A stretch of 64,000 nucleotides of DNA from Takakia lepidozioides (taxonomy: Eukaryota > Plantae > Bryophyta): positions 21,576,001 through 21,640,000 of the forward strand of contig CM060734.1 of NCBI GenBank assembly GCA_030704615.1. The letters are read 5' to 3'. The notes beneath the pieces were generated by a model that was given only the letters and a program-made list of their open reading frames with translations, was not told where the DNA came from and ran no database searches. Within the stretch, counting starts at the first letter, position 1, and each line of letters begins with the position of its first letter. Positions 49,442 to 60,595 of the stretch are shown one piece after another. The translations under genes were made by a program, and so were the position numbers.

Positions 49442-49989
49442 CGGTTCAAGTACTGAGGCTCAATAAATTGTGTTTTGGCTTTGCTTCCATCCCATACTGT
49501 TTTTCAAGTTCTCTGCGCGTTCCCGTAAGTACAGTTAGGGATTGCCTACGGTATTTCTTCGGAGTGCGGAATTGAAAAATGTTTGTGTGTTGGAGTGAAT
49601 GTACTGCTTTGCCAAAAAAACATTTTTTCTTTTCAGATTCAGTTCTGTAGTGGGCGATCTCCTCATTCCAAAGTCAGGATCTCCCACAAAATTCATCCGC
49701 AAACCTGCCATTGTTCTCGGCCACAAGGAATATTCATGTGGGGGCAGTAAAGAGGGATAAAAAATTAGGACATAGGGGGGGGGGGGGGGGGAAGCACGGA
49801 CATAGGTAAAAGGGGGGGGGGGAGCACGGTAATAGGGGTGAGAGCACGGAACCGCGGTAATAGGGGAGGGGAGCACGGAATTAGGGCCTGAACACGTGGA
49901 TGTTTGCTGACGTGGCGTGAGCCTAGCCAGGCTCACAGGCTCACAGGCTCACAGGCCAGGCTCACGCGCAAGCATTCCCCCACAGGCGG

Positions 49990-51040
49990 TGCAGCTGCTG
50001 AAAGTTGCGATTGGAAGGGCTGCTACGCAAAGAGTGGTCCTTGTGTCATCGGGGGTTGATGATCTAATTTATTCAGAACTTTGAGCCTCGGACATGAGTT
50101 ACTCAGGTGAAGGGAGTGGATATAGAGATTACTCCCTAGTACTTGCAACAACTGTTCGAATTGCCATCTGGTCAGTGAATGTGGATGAGCATAGGGCAAG
50201 ATTGCAAATAGGGGATTTGTTCCAAGAAACGAGTTTCTTTAGGACCCAGGGATACACCTGCACCAAGGCCGAGTACCCAGGGTTAAGGGAAGTTGGCCAA
50301 ATACTGAACGTTTTGTTTGCCATGAAACAAAATCAACAGTACGTTAGTAGATCTTTCACGGAGGAGGTACTGAAAGCCTTGAGAGGAGAGGATGTAGTTT
50401 GGGCGGAGATGATGTTCAATGGTCTGGTGGAGGAGATGAAGCGATTACAAAATACTACTGCTAAGTCCCCGATCATTGTGTCTGGCCCAATAATTACGCA
50501 AATTATCTTTAACTCTTGTTTGCTTGATGCGCGAGAACGCAAGGAGATGGGAGTGTTTGAGACAGCCACAACTGCAGTTGAGGAGCAGGGCTTTTCACAA
50601 GGTGAAGGGGGATTGGAGGGGAAGCACGAGTCCAAGAGACAGAAGCGGGATGCGATTGTAGTGGCAGATCCACTAGCTTCAAGGAAACCACAAGATGATG
50701 TTTCCATAGCTCTTGTGCAGGATAAGGAGTAGCAGCACAGGGGGCTGTTATTGCTGGAAGCACGACCTTTGGAGAGGGGGGAGGAAGAAGTTACTTTAGT
50801 GCCACAACCACCACAGCCAGTTGACTCGGTTGCCCCAGTGGTAACTCAAATTGTACATGCTGTCACACCGGAGCCTCTTGCTGTGGAAGGAGAAGGGTTG
50901 GACATCCCCACTATAGAGCATGTAGTGGCAGAAATTGAGAAGGGTGAGCTTCTCTATGAAAACTCTGGCATAGCGTTGAGCTATGCAACACTGACCGCCT
51001 ATCTATCCATTGCAAACCTGCAACCTGTTCGCCTTTGCAC
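49990..51040 (+). pseudogene. Extra 3' ORF of the host gypsy element (unknown function), continuing from ~38560 across copy B
   Basis: Frame continuity across the TSD into ORF 50094 with one TGA; a further stop at 50730. Confidence 0.6.
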
Positions 51041-51109
51041 TCTATCCGCTTTGGATAGGCTCATGCACGAATCCCTGCACTCTAGGCTGAACCGCTTTTT
51101 ATGATCTGA

Positions 51110-51474
51110 AAACACAAGTGCTACAACTAACTCGAACCTGGCACTCACAAACTCGAGCTGATCTTTCTCGAGTGATAAAGAAAGAAATGATACAAGCACA
51201 CAAGCTCTCTCAAACTCATATACTTGCACATGAAAACATCACTCATATATTAAGTCGAGCCAAGTGCACCCCATGCCATGGGGAATCCACACTACGGCGC
51301 CATAGCTCGACGCGGTGAGGCTCAACTCGAGAAAGATGAACCCACCGCGATCTGCCATGAAGATAACAACGCCAGGTGCCCAAACATATATTGGATTGAC
51401 ACTTGGGTCAATCCCAAATGTCAATATATAAAAGCTAGTTATTTCCTTCACACTAGTAGTAAAATAACTTGACA
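51110..51474 (-). repeat. Inverted copy of the first ~370 bp of the 29410 element (TGTCAAGTTATTTTAC...)
   Basis: Reverse complement of 51474-51110 aligns closely with 29410-29790, e.g. gacatttgggattgacccaagtgtcaatcca and gtagtgtggattccccatggc. Confidence 0.9.
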
Positions 51475-51479
51475 GCCGC

Positions 51480-54400
51480 CCCCTCTCGGTACAATTTGGA
51501 CTTACAAACAGTGGCTTAAAGCTCCTAGGGGAAATCACCCACTCCAAATCAGAAATCAGGACACTTTGGTGAACGGTTTCCAGCTGTTGTCAGCCTGCTT
51601 GGATCAGGAAAAGGAAGAAGAAAACCATAGGATAGAACTTCATCAGACGAGAGAATACATCAATGGGGTCAGGGTTCATTATGCCAACACAGAAGCAGCA
51701 TCAGAATCAACTGACATCAACGATATCTCATCTCTAGACGACATAAGCTCGGACAAAGACAACATGGCGACAGCTGTTACCACCATGCATATCTCCCCTC
51801 CAACCATTGAGGTGACCAGCCCTGCATCACCCCCAGCCATTGTCGACGCATCCCAATATCTCCCCATTTAGGATCTTTCTCCCACCATTCATCTGCAGGC
51901 CCCTCACCAGGTTCCCTTCTCACCATCTCCTTGCTTTCTATACCAAGTGCTTGCAAAAGACTCTACCAGATGTTGGATGCTATATGAAAAAAAAAAAAAA
52001 AAAAAAAAAAAAAACAACAAGAGGGCGGAACAGCTAGGGCATATGTTGCCCCACCTTCAACCTTGCAGATGACATCCCATCTGGAACGCTTCCATGCGAC
52101 GGCTCTCTTGTGGTCAGATACCCTCAAATCCAGTCACTATTCTCAGCTGTCTTTTTTCCAAAAGGGATGCACATCCAAACCATCACCATTTCGAAAGTTC
52201 CCCCGGATCAATTTCAGGCAATGCCTCCCGCCTCTCAACCTCTATCCACCAGGGCAGTATTCATTAGAGTCTGCAAAAAGACATCGAAACCTCCTAACCC
52301 ATTTGTTTGGATTACTTCATTGAGACCTCGCCACAACAGAATTCAGTTCTCCTTCCGATATATTAGGCCATCAAATTGTCATATCATTGCTCCATTGTCA
52401 CATCAGTATGCCATAGGGAACAAGAGATAGTCGCCCTAATGATTGTCATAAAGTAACAATCAGGAAATCTTATATCAAACTTTTAGTGTTTACCCACCCC
52501 TTGTTTTGGGTAAAACATGTGTACAAAACCAAAGGGGGCAGGTATTGGGACTTAGGTAATGAAGTCTGGCAGGGGTTTACCACCTGGTTATATTCAGACA
52601 AAACATCTACCAGCAGCATATCTTAATTGGGTATTTTTTTATGGTGCTATAAAGAGCAAAGCCATAACCAGGAGAAACATAGAAACATTTGAGCCAAAGA
52701 AATATCTAAATCTGACATAAGGCATCGGCTACAGGGGACCGGCAAACAAGAGTAATGTGCATTGACCGGATCATGTATTATCAAATGAGACCTCAAGTCT
52801 GGGCCCTACTCTCTCTCTAGATGTCACTTAATCTTCTCTCATGGAACATCAGAGGCCTGGGGTCAGACCCGACGTCTCTCAAGAGGTCAAAATCAAAAAC
52901 TGGTTGGCCCCATTCCTTTCTTCGGACTCAGTCATTTTCCTGCAAGAGCACAAACTAGATCAACTTAAAATAGATAGCCTCTCAGACCACCTCTGGCCTC
53001 TTTCAAATTCACTATGGAAACCCACCATGGAGGGCACAAGGGGGGGAACAACAATCCTCCTTTCCCCATGAATCTTTCAGCAGAATCTATTTGGCTCTCG
53101 GGAAGGCTTCAGTTTTGTTCAATTACTCTCCCCAACAACTCTGGAACCATTGGACTAGTGAATATCTATGCGCCAAACTCATCAATAGAACGTTCTCAAT
53201 TTTGGTTGACCTTGAATTCCAAAATGAGAGATCAGCCTTCAATTGACAACTGGATATTATCAGGAGATCTCAACATGGTTGAGGCCTCGCAGGATAGAAA
53301 GGGTCTTGGCTCCTTCAATCCCAACCCTGACGAGATGGACCAATGGACCTCTTGCTTGCAAACCCATAGTCTGGCTGAGGCCATGCCAATCTCTGCTCAG
53401 GCTTCGGGTCTTATATTCACTTGGACAAATAACAGAACATTGGCAGATCTCTGTATGGCGCGCCTTGACAGAACCTATGTCTCCCTTGACCTGGTGCAGC
53501 TCTCAACAAGGATCCCCCAAGAGCCAATTCCTCAAGGATTTGACCATGCACCCATTTCTCTCTTGGTTCAATTCCCTGGTTGTCAACGTCGTGGCAGAGG
53601 CTTGTTCAAAATCAACAATCTACTGCTTAAGCTACCTGCCTTTAAACAGGGCCTTCGTCAAGGTTGGGCCAACGCTGGGCTCCCCAATCAAAACCCAACC
53701 GAAAAATTCTTGGCCAAGCTCAAAGCAGTAAATATAGAGAGTCAAAAAATGAGCCTGGCCGTGTCAATCATTAGGACGAAAAATGTAGCAGCCTTGGAAA
53801 AGTGTCTTAATGTATGCCAAGCCAGAATGGAATCGACCAGATGTGATGAACATACATACCACACCTATGTTTAGGCCAGATGCAACCTTGACACCTACCA
53901 TAAAATCCAGGAAAGGGAAGCTTAAACTACAGGCAGGGGTCAACTGGTCGTCCAAAGGCGAGAAGATGACAAAATACTTCTTTGACAAGACCCGGCTTCG
54001 AAGGGCTGCTCAAGCCATCTCGGAACTTATAGACCAATCTTTGGGATTATCTACTACTTCTCCCAAAGCTATGGCCGCTCTATCCAGTAAACACTTTCAG
54101 TAGCTATTTTCATCAGACCATATCAACCTCGATCCATCTCCCTCTCAGACTGACAGCCTGGCACATTCACCCACCATCCTTTCGGGTCAAAAAGTCGTTT
54201 CCCTTGAAGGGGAGCTCACAGAGATCGAGCTAGAGGAGGCCTTGAAAAAACTTCAAAACAGTAAGTCTCCAGGAATGGATGGACTCTCTGATCAGGCCCA
54301 ATCAAACAGGGTTTATAAAAGGTAGATTCATCCTTGACAATCTTCTTTTAGCTCAAGAGGTACCAAAATTCGCCTCTAGATCAGGTCAGGCTATTGCCAT

Positions 54401-56716
54401 GCTTCTCTTGGATTTTGAAAAGGCGTTTGACAGAGTGGAATGGCCCTTCCTCCTTGCAGCTTTGGCTAAGATAGGCTTTCCACCACATTTCTGCAGTTGG
54501 GTACGCATTCGTTTGACAACATCATCCAGCAGGAATTTGCCCCAATACTGCAAAAGCTCAAAAGGAAACTCACCTACTGGGGCTCGAAGCACCTTTCCCT
54601 CACTGGCCGGGTCTTGGTGGCTAACCAAATCTGCTCATCTGGTATGTGGTATTACTCCTCAGCATGGCATCCAAAAACAAGTCCAAGAAGCTAGAGGCCT
54701 CCTTAGAAACTACATCTGGAGGGCTCGCAAAGCCATAGACAACAAAAGACCACAAATAAGTTGGAAACAAATCTGCCTTACCAAAAAGAAGGGGGGCTTG
54801 GGGGTTTTAGATTTGGAATCTCAAATCAATGCGCTTCTTGCAAAATGGATTCCACGTTTCTTGGGGCCAGAAGGAGGATGCTGGAAATTTCTAGTCCATG
54901 ATCACATCATTACTTCCTCGCCCCTCAAAGTCCCAGTCTGGCAACCCTCGCTACGCTGGATTGCACATGGGTTCAATCTCAAGGCAAAAGGATCACCTCT
55001 ATGGAGAAATATCTGGCGGGCCTGGGGCAAGTTGCGAAAATTCCTAGCTAAAGCCCAGCCAAAATCAGACGATGGTCTTGTTGGGACAAACTGGGAATCA
55101 GCCAGATTAACAATATTTGGAAAAACAGGTCTCTCCAACCCAGGAAAACGTCTCACATCTGGTAGGCAAGGGGAGGGTGAACATGGGATATCAAACTCTC
55201 ATCTCATCCATAAACCCCCAATGGTTAACTATCCTGGATTCAGGACCCCCTCAGATTGCGGACAATTTATGGGGCTTGGCCATTTTCCAAGGACAATTAT
55301 CAGTCATTTTTGTCCAGTACGCAACTACTCAGGAACTTACCATCTTCATATTCCACATCAACACGGTCACTCTTATGCTCACACTAGCCTCAAAATCCCC
55401 TCAGCTCATTAAACCCTTCCCTCTCACTCCGATCAGAATCTGCCATTGGTCTTCGCAAGATAGAACCTTCAACCCACTGCCTCCGTTATCTATTCCAGTT
55501 AATGACTGGCTGGCCTCTAACACTTTGTGTGGATCTTTGGAAGACCCTTAACGGAGCTTGATATAGACCCTACAGAATGGTCATGGACCTTCAACAGATC
55601 GCTGGACCCCTTTTTTTCATACACAACCAAGAAAGGTTACAGGGTACTAGCCAAAACAGAACCAATGCTCTCTAAATAGGACCTGAAATGGGAAACCCAT
55701 GGATTTCGTGATGAAAAGTGGTCAAAACTCGTCCTGCATTAATCTCTGCCTTTCTATGGCAAGTTGCGAATAGGGTTTTTAAAGTAGGGGAATGGCTCCA
55801 ATTCCAGGCATCAGCCCTCTGTGCGTGCTGCTCTTTCGCCATGCAGGAAACCCTGGAACATTGTTTGCTTCATTGCCAAGCACCATCCAAGATATGGCCA
55901 TTGGTGAAATCTCTATACCTACATTGGAACCCATTTGCCCTATCCGAAACCCATCTGTTTCTAAACTACGACAAGAACAAAAAAACCAGAGCTGTGAGCT
56001 GTCTTGTATTTGAAACCCTCAGAGGATCCATGCTATGGCACATGTGGAAGTTACGGTATAAGAATACCTTCTTTGGAACGACCGTCACTATCTCTGCACT
56101 TCTTTCCACCATTTTTTATGATCTTCAAACTGAAGTCTGTAAGGCTTGGGCTAAAACGTGTGCAAACATGGAACGCAATTCCGGGAGCGCCAATGATATC
56201 CACGCAGCTTTCTGCAGTTCTTGGGGCTGTGCAGGAATCATCTGCCACTCCCCTTCGTAAGACAAATGTGTTTGGACAGAGCTCCCTCCACCAGCATGGC
56301 GTGACCTGCGAGTCCCCCTCCACTCGTTCGCTGGAGTTTGAACACGATGTCAACTGGAAACACCTCAAGACCTCTTCCAAAGCCTCTAGACTTAATTACT
56401 CTTAAATCATTCTGCTTCGGGTAAGGTCAATGGGCAAAATCTGAGTCCTCTGATTCGTGAGACTACCAGTATAGGGTCAAAGGGTCCATTCGTTAAGGAC
56501 CGGCAATCGAAATAAGCTTGCTACATTTAAGTGGTTTTTCTCTCTTGGGATCTGTCCCATATCATAATCCAACTTGTTGGATGCTTGGCTCTTATTACAG
56601 TGATTAGAGTGTGTGTGCCTTATGGCTTAATCGGGGTTTTAATTATTTTCCCCAAATAATTCATGAATAAAATTAATCAGGGCAATACCTGTTCTTTAAA
56701 AATAAAAAATAAAAAA
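51480..56716 (+). mobile_element. Decayed L1-clade LINE: ORF1 remnant, APE endonuclease, internally deleted RT, zf-RVT, A-rich tail
   Basis: LLSWNIRGLG (from 52821), FLQEHKL, NIYAPN, LSGDLN, RLDRTYVS, DHAPI, KSPGMDG, NQTGFIKGR, LDFEKAFDRVEW, KKKGGLG, CACC...ETLEHCLLHC; A-rich tail at 56698-56716; the YADD region is missing. Confidence 0.9.
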
Positions 56717-59700
56717 TCCCATATCGTGTATGCGTACTTGTGGCCGTATCGTACGGCGCCAGGTGGTTAGTTAGCGCCGCCGCCGGCTGTCGCGGACTCC
56801 GTGGAATTAGATGCGCGACCAGGGCACGTGTTGCGATGCAAGTAACGCAGAAGAGGGTGGTGATGCAGTACTGAGAGATGGAGGTTTGTGCGCGCTCGCT
56901 GGATGCGTTGCATCTGCTCAGTTCCAGCGAGTGACAAGTTGGAGTGTGAGCAACGGTCGCTGGTAGATTACGGGAAGAGAAGCGCAGGTGACTTCTTTTT
57001 GTGGCTGCACGATTTCAGCCGCACAGGACTTCAGTATCTGGCGGATGTAGAAAGATGTTTTGGTGGCGGGGTCTGGTAAAACTGCATTCCAACTTCTCTG
57101 GATTCAATATCCGTGTTCGTGGGGTTTTTGGGTAACAAACTGAATGCTGCAGCCTGGAGCTGAACACGCGGAAATCTTATCAGGCAATCTCCGAGAATTC
57201 GTTAGTTTCTAAGAGCATGAATTTTTTTGCAGTAGAGTATGTTCTTGCAGGGTACATGAGGCACCTTGCAATTGTGGGAAGGAAAGCGATGTAGTTCAAG
57301 AAATCGGTGGTGCGTCGCGGATGGGGCGGCGGTGAGATCCTGGGAAGAAAGGTCCATCTTTTGCACGTGACAGAAGCGAGGGTTTAGAGGGAGACACAAA
57401 AGCATGGAGCACGAGGAAGTGGGAATGCAGGAGGGGGCACAGAAAATTGAAACTAACAGTCGTGTCCAGGAGAAGACAACGCCACTGCTCCACAAAAAAC
57501 CTTGCAAACTGCCACTTGTGGATCGGAGGCAAGTTTTCTTGTATTGCGAATAATGAACGCCTTGGAAGGTGTATGAGAGGCAGAAATTTTTGGGAAGGCT
57601 TAGGTTGGAGGGAAATCAACATGGTTGAAACTTTTGTTTTGTTTTGTACTTAATTTACTTTTGTTTCGTGGGGTGTGATCATACACCTTCAGATGCACTC
57701 TCATCTTGTGAGTGGGTGTTACTTGCAGGAGTACTTTGTGGTTTCAAATGTCTTTCAGTGGTTGCCTGTTTAAAGTATTGAAAGAGGGAATTCCCCCATT
57801 TGTTAGGAACCTTTTCTGCATTATTTAGCTGGTGCTTTGGTGGGTGACATCAGAGGCCGCCTGAATGTGGAGATTCGGGGTTTGCCGAAGACCTTTTTGT
57901 ACTGGGGAGACCTATTTCACACACTTGTTAATGTAAGTAGGCGGTGAGCCTGTTTCTGTTACTGGAGCTGGGCAAATGCTGTCGGATGAAGTCAGACTTC
58001 CTTTTGTGCATAAATAGATGACAGTGTCCTCAGAGATGTTGCAATGGCTTCTTGCATTTTAAGATATGCAGTAGGTGGTTTCTGAGGTGCAAATACTTCT
58101 GCATTGAATCCCAAAAAAAAGTACTCGCTAAGCACTCAGCTATTTGGGATTTGCAGATGCCAAATTCGAGGTTCATAGCCATTCTTTGCTTCACGTATTG
58201 TTTGCTGTTCTTTGGCTTCGCCATCCCTTATTACCATGATGTAGGTTCTTATCTAAACCATTTTTCTCCTCCCTCTACCTCTCCTTAAGTGCTGATTCAT
58301 CATCTTTGAAAACTCATAGAGCACAAATAGTTAATCGCACCAGGAGTATACTCACGGCAACTTATAGGTGTTTGATTCATTTCCATCCTTAAAAGGATGC
58401 TGCAACCATGATAGATCTGGGATCTTGTGGAGACCTTACAAAGATCCCTTTGTTGCCTGTTGTCTTCCTAAGGCTGTTTTTTCCCGACTTTCTCCAATTC
58501 GGGATTCAAAGTTGGATACAACTGGATAAGTTACCCTACTCCTGGTTAGGAGGTAGCGCACTGTAATTTGTATCTTTTAGTTGTATCACACGGAAGGCAT
58601 GCTTTTCTCAGAGCCAACTTACCAAGTTTGCATTTCACACCTAAAATATATTCTTTCTTAACCATTTGAAGATTTGGTGTGGTTTAAAAGTTATTCGAAG
58701 CATTATGGGATTTGTCTTATTCTTAATAAGATACTTATAACGATTGAAAGTTCCGAAAATTACTTAGGTTGCAAACACTCCATAACCCCTCATGTGTTTT
58801 CTTAACTTAAGGACGCCTTTGCCTTACAGACTCTAGACTGGCCAACTAAAGATTAGCTGGTTTCATAATTTGCAATGGAATCTCTCGGATTTCTACATTC
58901 TCCCATGTTAGACACCGAAGTGATCGGGAAGCCTTGGTGCTTCACCTGGGGGTCTAATGTGAAGGGGGGTGTAAGCAGGCGTACAACAATTTCTGCATAC
59001 CGGGTGTGTACACTTTCAGCCATGCGATCTGGTTCAGGTCCAGACAAACCCACTGTAGCTCTTGGACAATGTTTGTAATTAGCTGTATTTGCATATAGTA
59101 AGATCTATCACAGAAGAATCTTCCACCCACTAGGGGTCCTCTTTTTGTCCTACTAGTCATGTGTGGGAACCTCATGCAGCAGGAAGGTTTGGCACAACTT
59201 GCCTCCAGGTAGAGTAGCTAGGCCTCTCGAAATCCTGTTACTATCCACTCTGAAAGTCCCTATGATTAGTATTTTTTAACTACATGTGAAAAATAAGCCA
59301 GAGTACCCTTTGCTTATCTCTGTCATTTCCATGTAGTGTTGTGGATGTAGAACCTCTTGGTCATCACTGTTGAGGGGGTCTCTGTGGAGCATATGCCTGG
59401 GAACAATACATAACCTTTGTATACATGTTAGTTTCTCTAAGTTCCATAAGCTCCACGCAGAACCCTGTCACTAGTGCCATGGGGCATCTGAGTGAGGTTA
59501 TATGGCTAAAATGCTCGAGTCTAAGTCAACAGTGGGTGGTATCTCTCTTGATCCACGCACTATGTTGAACAAAGTTTTAATATGGATTTTACTCGGCTGC
59601 TTGTAGAGAATTTGCTGGAGTATATTTCTGGCACTCTGTAGACCATAGTGCCTCCACATACGGCTATGTGAACTGTTTGTCATTACTGTCCTTGTTTGTG

Positions 59701-60595
59701 GAAATTTTGATTGTGTGTGGTTGTGACGTGTGGGGATCTCTGTTCACTCGCAGTGTGCAAACCTCTATGACTATCGGTGAGTTTTTTGCTACCTTAATCT
59801 TTTCCTATGACCTTCTGTATTTTGCATAAGGTGTGGTTTTTTGTGTGCATTTCAAGATGAGTCAGGTAGGAACACACAACTAAAAACACACCCTCTCTCT
59901 GTGGCTGTGCAATGGGTTGTATCCTGCAATGTACAAAAGATAATGGTCAGGGGTTTTCGGGTGTATGAGTAACTTGTTCTTTGCCTTTCCCCATTTACCC
60001 CCTTTCTGCTTTGTCTTCTCAGCATGCACCCCACACTGGTTTGCTACAATTAGTCAATGGCTAGTCAGTACAACTGTGTCTTCCGTACATTTTAAGGCTC
60101 CTTCCTTGTTCTCTTTCCTTCCTTCTTTCTCCCTGCTACTGGCCCTTCAGGCTTCCTGTTGATGACCCGTGATTTTCAGTGTGGGCTCACAGAGCCTGAG
60201 GCTAGATGGCAGACAGGATATGCTGTAGTGCATTAAACACCTTTGTCCTGCTTGGACTAGGACAAGACAAGCTGGAGATTGAGACTGCAGGACATTTCTT
60301 CTTTCACTGTCGTCTCTATGAACTCTGGAGCTGCTACTTGCTATTTAGAGACAGCCTATTCCTGACAGCAGTGTTCCTCTATGAGGATCAGATATATGTT
60401 ATGCATATCTACGTGGCTCTCCTCCTTAAAGAATCTCTCAAAAGCTGAATATTGTAGCTTTCTGGTTGTGGCGGCTGGTTGTTTGGGGCCCCACTTTGGT
60501 TTTATATGTTGTTTTCGATTTTCCTCCATGTCGTAAGCTCTTTGAGATTCCTGTGGACATTATACACCTTTTTGTTTCTTTCTCTGTAGTGATGT

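Larger units (their letters stand above)
38629..49980 (-). mobile_element. MULE/Mutator-like DNA transposon copy B, 11,352 bp, near intact
   Basis: 9-bp TSD cacaggcgg at 38620-38628 and 49981-49989; termini CAACGACGCTACCG-CGTGAGCC and (rc) GGGGAATGCTTGCG-CGTGAGCC; same two-gene layout as copy A. Confidence 0.95.
13233..51474 (+). mobile_element. Decayed non-chromovirus Ty3/gypsy retrotransposon (gag-PR-RT-RH-INT plus extra 3' ORF) split by the two MULE insertions
   Basis: Removing 14075-33776 restores the frame ...HMLYQAINQIAHMTENTD...LIDGGSGVN; removing 38629-49989 restores ...IATPQAVQLLKV...; domain order PR-RT-RH-INT; no chromodomain seen. The right boundary at TGACA 51474 is less certain. 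Confidence 0.8.

Noticed and set aside
29410-51474. One giant TIR element bounded by the ~370-bp inverted repeats
   Set aside because: The 29410 end already pairs with 33183 through a GATG TSD that restores the transposase frame; the flanks of 29410 and 51474 (gatg / gccg) do not match
8247-51474. Single intact LTR element from TGTCA 8247 to TGACA 51474
   Set aside because: The ends are not homologous, there is no TSD (catt / gccg), and two different gag genes lie inside
56750-60580. Named host gene
   Set aside because: The region looks gene-like (GC-rich 5' part, T-rich intron-like tracts), but I could not assemble a consistent exon chain or recognise a product
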